From Felis catus (Eukaryota): a stretch of DNA of 60,000 nt. Under the pieces are notes generated by a model. It was not told the origin of the DNA, ran no database searches, and worked only from the letters and a program-made list of their open reading frames with translations. The first letter of the stretch is position 1; every line of letters starts with the position of its first letter. Location: assembly GCF_018350175.1 (NCBI RefSeq), contig NC_058369.1:746001-806000 (forward strand), in the 5' to 3' direction. The translations under genes were made by a program, and so were the position numbers. Below are positions 37,048-49,900 of the stretch, piece by piece.

Positions 37048-37545
37048 CTACTATTTGCTACCTATTGCTGTGTAACCAATTACCCCAAACGTAGCCACTT
37101 CAAGCAACACGGGTTTATTATCTCCGTTTCTGTGGGTCAGGACTCCAGGCGCTGCTCAGCGGGTCCTCTGTTTCACGGCCTCTCACAATGCCGCAGGCAA
37201 GGTGCCAGCCAGTTCCGGGGTCTCCTCTGAAGGCTCATGCAGGGAAGGATCCACTTCCAAGCCCATTGACTGGCTGTTGGTCTCAGCCGGTTCCTTTGGG
37301 GCTGTTGGTAGGAGGGCCTCAGTCCCTGGCCACATGAGCCTCCCCAACCAGACAGCATGCTTCATTAGAACCAACGAGAGAATCTGCAATGTCAGAATTG
37401 TTTGGAATCTAATCACAGAAGTCGTATCTCTTCACCCGGACATATTGTATTGGTTAGAAGTCAGGCACACAAGGGTAGGGGTCACACAAGGCCGCGAATG
37501 CTAAGTAGGGATCACGGGGGGATTCTCCGAGGCTGCTGCCTACAC
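37048..37545. mobile_element. MLT1-like MaLR LTR
   Basis: CTATTGCTGTGTAACCAATTACCCCAAAC...TTTATTATCTC...TTTCTGTGGGTCAGGA, a typical MLT1 end. Confidence 0.65.
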
Positions 37546-38056
37546 AGACCCTAAGTGACAGCAATGAGAGGCAGTCTGCTTGGAGCCTCCCCTGTGGCTT
37601 CAGTGTCCCCAGAGAGGAGGGACCTCCCAGGGGTCACCGAGATGCAACCTGAGCTCCATCCCCAAAAGTGGCCATGGGCCCAGTACGGTCTGCCTGGCAA
37701 CTTAGCCAAGTGCTTTCTGTTCCAAGTTCACCTTCCTCTCCTCCCAAATGGGGTGGCCATGCTTATTCCCTCTCATGTGGGTGAGTGAATGACACATGGT
37801 CATTCCTTGTGTCCGCTCTTCGTGGGAGACCCTAGGGTGTGCTGTTCTCATCTGCATCTCACAGCCTGCAGACCTGGGATCAGGGAGGGAAGGTGACGTC
37901 CTCGAGGCCGTACAGTGAATCAGTGGCAGAGACGACAGGAGGAGGGATGCGTCTGACTCCAGACCACAGTCTTAAAAGATTACACATATGAAGTGTATAT
38001 ATTTCTGACTAGAAAAGTAACATGTTTGATCAAATCCTTCAAATGTTACACAGTCG

Positions 38057-39261
38057 GGGGGCGCCTGGGTGGTTCAGTCGGTTGAGCATCCAACTTCAGC
38101 TCAGGTCATTTTGTCATGGTTCATGGGTTCAAACCCCACATCGGGCTCTGCTGTGCTGACAGCTTGGAGCCCGTAGCCTGCTTCAGATTTTGTGTCTCCC
38201 CCTCTGCCCCTCCCCCACTTGCACTCTGTCTCTGTCTCTCTCAAAAATAAATAAACATTAAAAAAAAAAAAGTTACAGAGTTGGCATCAGCCTGTAGGTT
38301 GCACCCCCCTGCTGTTGTTTCGGTACAATTTAGAATGGTTTTTATGTTTTTAAGTGGCTGGAAAAAAATCAAAAGAAGACTATTTTACAGCATATGATAA
38401 TCATACGACGTTCACATTTACGTGTGGGGAAATACTTTTATTGGCACATAGCCGTCTCCACTTGTTAGAATTAGGACTCGGGAGTTTTCTGGCTATAACA
38501 GTACAGGTGAGTCATCGCCATGAAGATCTTACAGCCAACAAAACCAAAATATTTCCTATTTAGCTCTGTACAGGAAAAGTCTACCAGCCCCGTTATAGAG
38601 TAATGGGTCGTGGGAAGCGAAATTCATTCGTCAAACACACACTGGAGTACCTTGCTTCGGTGGTCCCATCCTGCCCCTCCTGGAGCTCACAGCCTGTTGT
38701 GGGGGATGAACAAGAATAAGGGATAAGTGGGGCACCTGGCTGGCTCGGTCGGTGGGACATGCAACTCTTGATGTCAGGGTTGTGAGTTTGAGCCCCAAAT
38801 TGGGCATGGAACCTACTTAAAAAAAAAAAAAGTTAAAGTAAAAAATAAGCAATATGTGAATGAGATTACTACAAGCCACGTGGCAGCTGTGACAGGACTC
38901 TCCCCGTGATTCCTGGCCCATGCCTAGCTGCTTTACCAGGCAATGTCCCTGTCACCGTATTTTTGTGTGTGTGTAGAGTATTATATACAAAATTATACTT
39001 TTTAAGTGAAAAGGGACCAGGGGCGCCTGGATGGATAAGTTGGTTGGGCGAACAACTGCAGCTCAGGTCATGATTTCGCAGTTCGAGCCCCGCATCGGGC
39101 TCTGTGCTGACAGCTCAGAGCCTGGAGCCTGTTTCAGATTCTGTGTCTCCCTCTCTCTCTCTGACCCTCCCCCATTCATGCTCTGTCTCCCTCTGTCTCA
39201 AAAATAAATAAAGGTTAAAAAAAATTTAGAAAAATAAATAAATAAATAAATATTAAAAAAA
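38057..39261 (+). mobile_element. Three carnivore SINEs (38057-38271, 38728-38832, 39019-39261) with a MER58-like remnant (about 38280-38590)
   Basis: Each copy has a GGGGCGCCTGG or GGGGCACCTGG head and an A-tail. Confidence 0.85.
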
Positions 39262-39274
39262 GGGGGGGAATTGG

Positions 39275-40612
39275 ACAGATATTTGTATACCCATGTTCAC
39301 TGCGGCACTGTTCACGATAGCTAAGAGGTGGAGACAACCCAAATGTCCCTCAATGGATGAAGGATATACACAATGTGGTCTGTCCACACTGGAATACGAT
39401 TCAGCCCTTAAAAAGGAAGGAGGCGTGCCTCGTTGGCTCAGATTGAGGAGCGTGTGACTCTTGAACTCAGGGTCATGAGTTCAAGCCCTACATTGGGTGT
39501 AGAGATTACTTAAATAAATAAAACTTTTTTTATGGGGTGCCTGGGTGGCTCCATCAGTTAAGCATCTGACTGTGGCTCAGGTCGTGATCTCACGATTTGT
39601 GAGCTGGAGCCCCATGTCGGGCTCTGCGCTGACAGTTCAGAGCCTGGAGTCTGCTTAGGGATTCTGTGTCTCCCTCTCTCTCTGCCCCTCCCCCGCTCAT
39701 GCTCTGTCTCCATCTCTCAAAAATAAATAAAAATTAAAATAAATAAAACTAAAAAAATTTTTTTTAAATATTTATTTATTTTTGAAAGAGACAGAGACAG
39801 AATGCAAGTGGGTTGGGGCAGAGAGAGAGAGAGAAGCACAAAATCCAAAGTAGGCTCCAGGCTCCGAGCTGTCAGCACAGAGCCCGATGAGGGGCTCGAA
39901 CTCACAAGCTGTGAGATCATGACCTGAGCCGAAGTCAGACGCTCAACCGACTGAGCCACCCAGGTGCCCCTAAATAAAACTTTTTTAATTAAAATAAAAT
40001 AAATAAAATATAAAATAAAATAAAATAAAATAAAATAAAATAAATGGAAGGACATCTTGCCGCCTGCCACCACGTGGACAGACCCAGAGGACACTGTGCG
40101 CAGTGACAGAAGCCAGACACAGAAGGACACGTCCTGCATGACCCCACTCACAGGGGGTCCCTAGAAGAGTCCTGTCCACAGAGACAGAGAGTAGATGGGG
40201 GGAGCCAGGGGTGGGGGGTCCATGTTTCATGGGGACAGAGTCTCAGTTTGGGGACATGGGAAGTTCTGGAGACGGATGGTGGGGGCAGCTGCATGACAGA
40301 GTGTGCTTGGTGCCACTGAGCTGTGCACTTTAGAAATAGTGACAATGCTAGAGGCACCTGGGTGGCTCAATTAAATGTCTGACTTCAGTTCAGGTCATGA
40401 TCTCATGGTTGGTGAGTTCGAACCCTACATGGGGCTCTGTGCTGACAGCTTGGACCCTACAGCCTGCTTCCAATTCTGTCTCTCTCTCTGCCCCTTCCCC
40501 GCTGGTACTCCGTCTCTCTCTCTCTCTCAAAAATAAACGTAAAAAAAAAAAAACAAACAACAAATAGTGACAATGCTAAATTTTATGTTATGTGTACTTT
40601 ACAATAAAAAAG
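39275..40612 (+). mobile_element. Old L1 3' end interrupted by four SINEs (39421-39525 +, 39534-39757 +, 39758-39970 -, 40351-40561 +)
   Basis: L1 phrases CCCATGTTCACTGCGGCACTGTTCACGATAGC, CAACCCAAATGTCC, GAAGCCAGACACAGAAGGACA and AATTTTATGTTATGTGTACTTTACAATAAAAA. The last SINE has a perfect 17-bp TSD, AAATAGTGACAATGCTA (40334-40350 and 40562-40578). Confidence 0.85.
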
Positions 40613-41699
40613 GGACCCGAACCATATTTTGTGTCTTCAATATGCACATATTCATAGGAGTAAATTCAGAAGTGTCCACATACCCATTTTTGTCACAGCA
40701 TTTGCTATGGGGTGGGAGGGAGGAAATGAGTCAGAAAGGAGGGAAAAATCCAGCTGGCTAGTTCAGTTTAAAAAGATATGAAGCAAACGTAACACTAACA
40801 TATATTTGTTCCAGTGGCAGATAACATGGGTCTTAGTTATTTTATTCCTGGTTGGTGTCTGTACTTCTAATGTTTGTGTTGTAGTTTTTAATTAGGGTCC
40901 AAACCTAATGTGGGGCTTGAACTCTCAAACCTGAGTTCAAGGGTCCCATGTTCTACCAACCGAGCCAGTTGGGCACCCCGGTGTCTGTATTTTTAAAAAT
41001 ATATTATTTTCAAAAGTTTGTGTCTGGCTTCCTTCATTTAACCCCTTGCTGTGTATTTCATTCATGCCCTTCATGGTTTATTTATCCAGATACCAGTAGA
41101 TGGACATGTGGGGTTTTTTTTTTTTTCCTCCAAGTTTTCTGATTTTAATAGCGGACTGTTAGCTTCCTGGGACATCTCTGTGCACACAGTGGGGCCAGCA
41201 TTTGGGGGATACATTCCTCAAAGTGGGGTTGTGGAGTTGGCCCCATTGGAAGGACAATGCCACCCTGCCTCTCATGTTTGCTTCCCTGTCACCTGTCCCC
41301 AGTGCACTCATGTCCACATGCCTTGGATATGTCCGTCCAGCTCCCCAGGGACCCCACAATGGGCTACCGGTCCCTGCCAAGTGCTACTGATTTCTTTCGA
41401 CCTGCAAAGAAGCAAAGCAAAGCAAAGCAAAACAAAAACCGCGCACGAGGACGGTTCCCAGGTGGGGGACACAACGCCTGCCTGATGCTACCTGGGACCA
41501 CGCACTCATTTCTCTCCTGCTGGCCTCCCTCTCCCATCTGCAAATGGGGACTGAGCTACTCCAAGCGGGTGACTACTGAAATTGACACCGATGCCCACAT
41601 GCCTTGCAAACTATAAAGTGGGCGAGACGAAGTTGTATTTTAAACGTTTTGTTTTGTACCGTTTGCCTGCGACCTAGTTCCTTCACTCCTTCCATTCAC

Positions 41700-43900
41700 T
41701 TAATTTTACGACGACGAGTAAGGGAACTTATGGCAGGCGGGGAGTAAGCGGAGTCCCGCGGCACAGGTCACCCGAACGACCCGACTGTCCCCGGCGCCCG
41801 TGGTCTCGCGCCGGGCGCCCAGCTCCGGGCTGCAGGGCCGTCCTGCGGGGCGCTGACGGGCGTGCCCGGCGTCCACCCGCGGTTCCATCTGCGGACGGGG
41901 CCCGGCGGGCCCTCCCACCCACCGTCACCGCGGTCTTGCCTGCAGCCGCCGCTGCAGCCGCCATCCCCTCCCGGGAGACGAGTTCCGGGAAGTAGCGGAG
42001 GTGCAGGCGTGGGAAGGGGCGCCTCCTCCCGGCGTGACCCCGCGCCGGGCGTGGCCTTTGCCCACTGTTGACCCCGCGCGCCACTTCCGACCTGAACTCA
42101 AACAAGGAAGCCAAGCCGCGCCTGCGCCCCGCGGTGCCTAGCTCGGAGCGCCTCAGCGTGAACGCGCACGCACGCAGCACGCAGCACGCACGCGGCTCGG
42201 CCCGCGAGCCCCCCTCCGCGGGGTGGGGCCGACGCCGGCGCGGGGGGGGGGGGGGGGGGGGACTCCACTTCCCAGAACACCCTGCGGCGACGCCGAGAGC
42301 CGAGGAGGACCGAGGCCGCCGCGCGGTGGTGGCTACCGCACGCAAGGCACGCACGCAGGAACGCACGCACTTAGGCGGGCGCACCCCTGGCCCCGCCCCC
42401 GGAGGCCCCGTGCGGGAGCGCGCCCGGGCGTGCGCAGGGCGGCGGCGCGGGCGCGGTGGCGCGCGGTGACCGTTGGCGCTGAGGGGAGGAGGCAGCGCGG
42501 CCGCCGCCGTTGCGCAGATCCGGGCCGCGGCTGTGGGGAGGGCGCCGGGGCCGGTGACCTTCCGGAGGCGGGAGCGAGCCAGGGGGCCCGGGACGCCGAG
42601 CGCCGCCGCCATGAACAACTCGGGCGCTGACGAGATCGGGTGAGGACGCGCCGGCCTGCGCCGTCGCCGCCCAGACGCCGCCCCGGCCCCCGTCAAGGTC
42701 ACGCCGCCGGGCCGCGCCGGGGCCCGGTGGCCTGGGGGTCCGCGCACCCGGGACGCGGCGAGGGGGGGGTGGCGAGCGGGATCCTGGGAGTCCGGCGTCC
42801 CGCCGCTTCCTGGCCAGGGCGCCCCTGGGAGGGTCGGGGGGGACCCCGCTGCTTCCTGCTTGGGGTGGACTCGGAACGGGAGCTCCCGGCGGGTGGGGGG
42901 GGGGTGTCAGGACGTCCCCGCCGCCGCCGCCGCGCCCGACTTTCCCGCTGGGGGATCGGACGCGGGAAACTGGGGATCCGGGTCGTCTCGTCCGCCCCCC
43001 GCGCCTGGGTTTTTTGCTGGGGGACCCGGAACGGGGCTCTGGGAGCGTCCGCAGGGACCCCGCTGCTTCCTGGCCGAGCGGGACCCGCAGCGGGAGCTCC
43101 GGAGGGGTCTGGGGCGCCTTGTCTTCCGCCTCGCTTGCACTTCCCGGTGGCGGAGCCCGAGCGGAAACGGGAGGGTTCTGGGGCGCCCGGGGCTCCCCCG
43201 CCCCCAGCCCGCGCACCAACTTGGCGGGTCGGCGCACGTGGCGGGCCCGGCCCCGGAGTGCCAGTTCCGCCGCCGCGCAGAACTTGTTCCAGCCGGGACT
43301 CGGGGTGGCGGCTCGCCCCGTTTCCGCTCTTGGCCTCTTCCCGAAGTGCTAAGAACGCGGAAGGTTCGCAGACCGAGGGCTCGGGGGCGAAGGTCACGGG
43401 GTGGGGGGGGGGGGCGGTCGGGGCCGGAGCCCTCGGCAGCGTGTCCATCTCCGCGCGCCCGCGCCATCTGATGGGTCCGCAGCTGGAGCCCCTTGCGGCT
43501 CGCGGCCCGCGACAGACGTGCCGGGGGGTGGACAGCAGAGGCCCGCTTTCCGGGGCCTCTGCTTGAGCAGCTACTAGTGGGGAGTTCGTGTCGTAATTAC
43601 AGCCCGTGTGATGCTCACGCGGCCCGGAGCGGAGCCCGAGATCCCCGAGGGGCTCGGAAACCCGTTTCTGTCCTAGTTCGGGGCTCGGACTAGTTTTCTT
43701 TGCAGACACTGGCTCCTGCCCGGCCGGCGTGGTTTTTCGGTTACGTTTCTCCGGCGGCCCCGGGGCGGGTGTGCCTGTCCCCACGCCCGGAGCTTTGAAG
43801 AGGCGCGGGTTTGTGGTCAAGCGCTGGGCTCGGTAAGTCCTTGTGCGGCCTCCAGGTCCAGGTTACACGGGCGGACGTGACAGGCATGTTGTGTCCCCCC
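41700..43900 (+). promoter_or_regulatory. DAZAP1 CpG-island promoter and first exon
   Basis: About 2.2 kb of dense CpG around exon 1. The start codon has the context GCCGCCGCCATG. Confidence 0.85.
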
Positions 43901-46900
43901 CCTCCCCGAAAACGGCGCACCGCAGCGGCCCAGGAGGGAGACCCTTAGCTCCCCGCCGCCGAGCTTGTCAGGGGCGGCGGGGGGGGGGGGGGGGGGGGGC
44001 CTGGACACCTGTGTTCTTTGGGTCACGTAGGTGGTGGTAGGTGGGGGGGGGGTCGCAGTGTGTACGACTGGAAACCAGGGAACAGGGACACCGTGCTCCA
44101 GAGATGGGGCAGAGTCTGACGGAAGAGAGGGTGCACCTGTCACCTCCCCATGGCCGTGGCCTTCCAGAGCGCTGCCCAAAGCGCGGGGTCCCTCACAAGG
44201 GCCAGCAGCGGTTAGGAGGGAAGGGAGCCTGGACACCCCGAGACCGGCCCTCGGGTGTGCTGCCAGGGTCCGAGCCCGGGTCTGCCGAGGCCGTGGAGCT
44301 GGCGGTGGGGCCGGGGGCCGGTGGGCCTGGTTCCCTTCCCCTCTCCCCTCAAAAACCCACCCCGATCGCCCACCTTTGAAAGTTGTCAAGACAGGGGTCC
44401 CCGAAATCTCTTCGTGTTTTGCAAGTGGAAATCTGTTGCCGGGAATATCGATCGGTCTCTTTTCCCAGAGTATGCTTGTCTCTACTCCGTTCAGTGGGGT
44501 TTCAGGGTCTGCTTTGGTCTCCTTGCCATCACATCCCGGGGCGGGGGGGGCCCCCTGACGAGCCCTGATGCCGTTTCCCGTGAGGGGACCGCACCTGCCT
44601 GCTTTGGGGTGGTTCCCACGCAGCAGCTCCTGTTGTGCCTAGAGCCAGGTGATGGTGATGGCAGATGTGACCGGGACGTGACAGGTCTGAGTGACGTCAC
44701 AGGTCTGAGTGACGTCCCGTGAGCTGCATCTTCATTTCCAGTCTCCTCCGCTCTGGTCTTTGGCCAGCCTCGTACTCAGGGAGCTCTTGATAGGTGGGAA
44801 GGGCTTGCTCCCCCTTCGCTAACAGGAGCCCCGTGTGTGGGGCGCCCACCAGCGTACGAATGTACTCGTGAGTTTGAGTCTTCAACGAAAGAGAGCCCCG
44901 CCAGGTGGTGACCGTACCTGAGCTGGCTCAGGTTCCTCTGAAGCGAAGGCTGTGGGGAGAGAGGAAGCTGGTGAGAACCGGGGTCCCGACTGTCCCAATC
45001 AGCCAGAGCAGAGGGAGGGCTGGGTCTCGAGGGCAGAGGGGTGATAGGAGCAGCAGCGTCACGTGTGGCCACATGGAGCAGATGTGTGACGGGCTGATAG
45101 CCTCCCTTCTGAGCCAGGGACCCGGGGCCGGACGCTCACCTTGCTGGGGGTGGCACTGAGCCCTCGTTCCCCTGCCGTAGCCTCAGGAAGTTGGTCTCGT
45201 GGAGGGTCTCGCGATTCTGACCCTGGAACCGGTGTGGGCACAAGGCTTCAGGGACCCCGAAGGCGCCTGGGATCTTGTGGGTGCTCGTGAGCGCTCGGCA
45301 GGGGCCAGTTCCTGTTAGGACAGAGCCCGCTCGTGTGGTGGAACTGGAGAGAGGTCGGGGGAGGATTTCATCTGGCACGTGTCTTACTAGTAGGACGGGG
45401 CCAACTGGACACTCTCAAGGGGAGAGTCCGTGGGAGAGAACTGACTCCAGGGAGAGAAGGCAAAGCGGCGTCCGGGTCACTTTGAGAGGCGGTGCGGGCA
45501 GGCAGCGGGAGGCCGAGGCCGCTGGAGCCAGAAGCACAGAAAGTGGGTGACCCCAGCTGCCCCAGCAGCCCAGTGATCCTCTGAGTGCTGGCAGGACGGG
45601 GCCAGAGGCCTGGGCCTTGAGGGGCAGGGACTCGTTAACTACCGCTTTCACTAGCGCCTGGGAGGCGGGAAGAGTCCTGATGGTCTGGTCAGAGAGGTCG
45701 TGCTTGGGGAGGGGGCCATTTCTTGCAACGTGGGGGCCGTGAGACCTGAACGGGTGGAGGGTAGAGATGCTCCCGTTGGCGTTTTGGAGCTGTTCTGGGA
45801 CAGGGTTTCTCCCCAGCCCTGTGGCCATTTGGGGCATCCTGGGCCCCGCGGGGGCGAGCAGCATCCCTGGCCCCCACGCACTCAGTCCCAGGAGCGCCCC
45901 TGCTTGTGATAATCTCAGACGTCCCCAGATACTGCGCAGTGTCGCCTGGGGGCAAGATCACTCTAAATGAGACACCTGTTTGATGTCTCCTCTTTTCAGC
46001 CTGGTTCCCAGTGCGTCTCTGCCGCTTGTTCCCCAGGTTTAGCTCTTGCTTCCCGTAGTGGGAACTAGTCTGACGCCTGTAGAGGGGGTCATGGTGTTGG
46101 GAGACTCTGGTCGATTTCGTTCTGTTTTCAGGTTTCGCATCTGGTCGAGCACCTTGACCGGTGGTGCGCCCTCCTCACAAGCAGAAACTCACCCAGAGTA
46201 CCTCACCAGTGACACCCTTCCTAGAGCACCTGCTGGGAGCTGGGCCCGAACTTTGTCCCCCAGGTCCAGCCCTTTCCTCCGCAGGGCAGACCGAGGTTTA
46301 GAAGGGCAGGGGACTTGCCCAGGGACCCCTAAGACGAGCCAGAGCTGGGAGTCCCGTGCTCTTGGTGAGCCAGGAGAGCCCTTGTAGGGAATGGCAGGGA
46401 TCGGGGCCGGGCCCAAATGTGTACATTTTGTCCCTCAGTGAGGTGGTGCTGTCGTCACAGGGTGACTGTCTCCATCACGGTGTCACACCCTGTCAGAATT
46501 GTGAGTAGCGTTTTCAGCAGGAGGTCACTTGTTTGAGGCTCTTGCCGGTACCAGGGGGGGGGGGGGGGAGGAGCTTACAGTGGAAGGCTGCAGGCATCGG
46601 GAGTTAATGCCAGGCACTGGGGGTGTCCTGGGGTTCTCTCCCGAATGTGTCACTCAACCCCCACAGTGGTCGGGAGGGGGGGCGATCTCACTTTGCTGGC
46701 AGGAGGGAAGCCTGAGCTGCTGAGGGCAGGGCCGGCAGAGGCAGGTTCTGGGGTAAGGGCTGAGTCCCAACAGTTGCCCTCCGGGTCTTTTCTTCTGTTG
46801 CAGTGGGAGGGCCAGAAGTGGGGTGGCTCCCTGGCGTCTGGGCGGGTGCTGTGTGTTCCTCCTCGGGCTGCTTCCCTCCCTACGGGGAAACAGGACATAC

Positions 46901-49900
46901 TTAGGGACACAGGGTCCCAGTGTGGCCGCACCAGAGGAGCAGGAAAGTGCGAGCATGGGCTCTGGGTTGCGTGTCTTTAAGTTGAAAGGGCTGTTGCTAA
47001 ACAACCAGGATCAGTCCTGGGTCCTCTGCTTCTCGCCCTCCAGAGCTAAGCTAAGGTCTGTCGCACTGCTGCCTTACTGGTGGCTGTCTCACCAGGCACG
47101 GTGGCACTTTCTGAAGCCTGCAAGCGTGCTGCCGAGGGGCAGAGCCTGCAGTGGCTGGCCTGGGCCAGGGGAAGCTGCCGAAGATTTACTTTCTGGCAGA
47201 AACAGCACGCGGCTGCCCTAAAGTACACAGAGCTGGAGCGGGGCCGTGCTCCAGAGCAGGGTTCGGTCTCAGTGGGTGGGCAAGGGGGAGAGTCCACCAG
47301 GGCCTGGTGCCCGGGTTACCCTTGCAGAGCCCCTTCCGAGAGGAGGTCGGCAGGAGGGCACGGACGGCCTCTCCCTGGCTCTCTGGGTGGTGGTATCGCC
47401 CATTCCCCCTCAAGAACCTGACTCTCGGTCACCTGGGAGAGCCAGGAGGTCCCCTTGGCCGTCTGCGGGGCTCAGGGGCTGTGGGGGGCCCCTGACTTTC
47501 CGCTTCTGCTGAGTAATGACTCTCGTGCGCTTAAGAGCAGGGAGGGGCTGGAGGGGGAACCACACAGTCAGCCGTCCGCTTCGTCTGCAGGGTCCCGTGT
47601 GTGAGCACCCGTTGACACCTGAGAGCCGCACGCTGCCAGGTGAGCGTGTCTAGGCCGCCCCGGGATGGCTGCTGGGGTGAACGGTCTCACACTCGGTGCC
47701 AGGCGCGCATGCACATCCGTGTCGACCGGTCAGGGTTTGGCTGCCCGGGCAGCAGTGGAGCCGTGCCTGGCCGGGCCCGGCTGGGCCTGCTAAACGCACT
47801 GTGGTCTCTGAGGCTCAGAGGTTGGGGCTTTGTGCTGGGGCTCTGGAGGGGCCCTACGCAGGACCTTCCGGAACCTGTTGGCACCTTCTGACTGCGGACC
47901 AGGGAAAGTATGCCCTCGGAGCAGGAGGAGAGGAAGTAGAAAGTCCGAGAGCAGCTAGCGCTGAAGCCTGGAGCTCTCTTCCCCGAGTGACCAGCTGTGC
48001 CTGTCGGGGCAGGTCCCCTAGACCCTGCAGCCGGGAGACCTGGAGTCCTGTTGTTTCCGCAGGACATCTCTCGGAGCTTATGGTTTTATAGACCTTGAGC
48101 TTCAGAACATTGCAAAATGGTCACCAAGGTCCCTAGATGCTCTTTCCCAGCCAGACTCCCCAGGCTTACGTTTTGCCCCATTTGTGCGTCCCCTCCCATA
48201 CTCCGCGTCCGTCTTTTGTGAAGTACTGGGGAGTGAGCAGAGCCCTGTGTCCCTTTGCGAACAGGAATATTCTCTGAAATCGGCACAGCACAATAGAACG
48301 AGAGCACGGTGCCGATGCCTTGTTACCATCCAGTCCACAGGGCAGTCTGGGTTGTCAGTTGTGTGGGTGATGGTATTTCTGGTCTTTTCTCCTTAATGTC
48401 TGATTTTGAAATTTAAATGAGGGCTGGAACCAAGACTGGTCAGACGAGTTCCTTCCTTCCTTCCTTCCTTCCTAGGCCTGCCGTTGGTGAAGGATTGGGT
48501 TGCTTGGAAGGATACCTGCCTATGACCTTGCCGTTTGGGCTGGAGGCATGCTAGATGGAGGCTGGTGTGTGGCTCAGAAAGTTAGGTTTTGTTTTGTTTT
48601 GTTTTGTTTTGTTTTGTTTTGTTTTGTTTTGTTTTGTTTTGTTGAAGGATGCTCGAGGTCTCTTTTTCCTGCATGAATTTGCGTTTTCACAGCAAACCCT
48701 TGTTCGCTACTGTGTGGAAGGGGTGGGCCGCACGCGGCTCCGAGGCGGCTCCTCCTCCGGGGCGCCAGCCGGCCTGGGGGCCTGCAGCCACTCATCGGCC
48801 GGGCGCCGGGCCCTGCGAGGGCGGGCCGTCCTGAGTCCCGGCTTGCTCTGGGCAGCGCCCTGGGCCTCTGGGGAGGCCTCCCTCCCCTGGGAGCGTTTGG
48901 AGGTGGGAAGGAGCCTGGCCTGGCTCTGAAGGGTACTAGGAGACACGGACTTAAGTTAGTGAGGCCTAAATGGAGGCCTCCCCCTGCTGCTTGATCAGCA
49001 CGTTCCCTGAAACTTGCCCCTTACGGAGCTGCCTCGGCCAGATGTGCCTGCCCGGTGCCCCCCTCCCTGGACCGTGGCGGCCGGCTTGCGGGCATTTTGA
49101 GGCTGGCACTGGGTACCTGTCTGGGGGTGGGAATGGTTTCTCACGCACCGTGCGTGAGTTGCCTGTTCTCAGAGAACAGGCCACGGTAGGAACGAGCCCA
49201 GGGCGGGCACGCGGGGGTTTGTCCTGGGGTGGAGGATGGGGCACCCTGTCGGGCAGCCCTTCTTGGTTGCTCGGGAGTGCATTTGTCCTCAAGTCGTGCT
49301 CAGCTGCAGACGCTGGGACCGCGGAGCCCCGCGTCCCAGATGCGGACTGAGCCTTCGCCACCCGCTGGCATCTGCAGACCAATCAGGTGGCATCCAGGTC
49401 CCACTCTGAGGGTGACAGCGGTCATGCCCCCTTTTCCTGGGGGATGCCAGCAGCACAGAGCCGCCACCGCTGCAGTTGAAGCCCCTCGTCTGCCGAACCC
49501 GCTCTCTGGGTTCGTGGGGGGCCCAAGCAGTGCCTGAAGGGGCCTGTGGGTCTTGGAGATACGTGTGAGCTCTGCCCCAGTAAGGGCCGGAGTAGCTGTA
49601 GCACGCTGGTCTGTCCTGGGACGTGCCCCAGTGCCTCAGTTTCCAGGCCTGGCCAGCCCGGGGGCATTGGGAACGGTGGACACCACCCTGTGGCCTGTTG
49701 GCGTTCTAGACCCCGCTAGAGGTGGGGTGTGCAGAAGAGGCAGGTAGGTGATAGTGCGATTCCTCTCGAAGGTTCCAGCCTGGGCTGCCTTGGGGCGGGA
49801 AGTATGGGCCAGGGTTCCAGTACTGAGTGATCTGTGGGTCCTTGCTCACGACCATGTGGACAATACCTGAGGCTTTAACCTAGAGCCCCCACCCCTGCTG

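Noticed and set aside
41728..43820. ORFs of 288-373 aa on both strands at the DAZAP1 promoter
   Set aside because: Same CpG-island artefact; only the 29-nt exon 1 CDS is supported.
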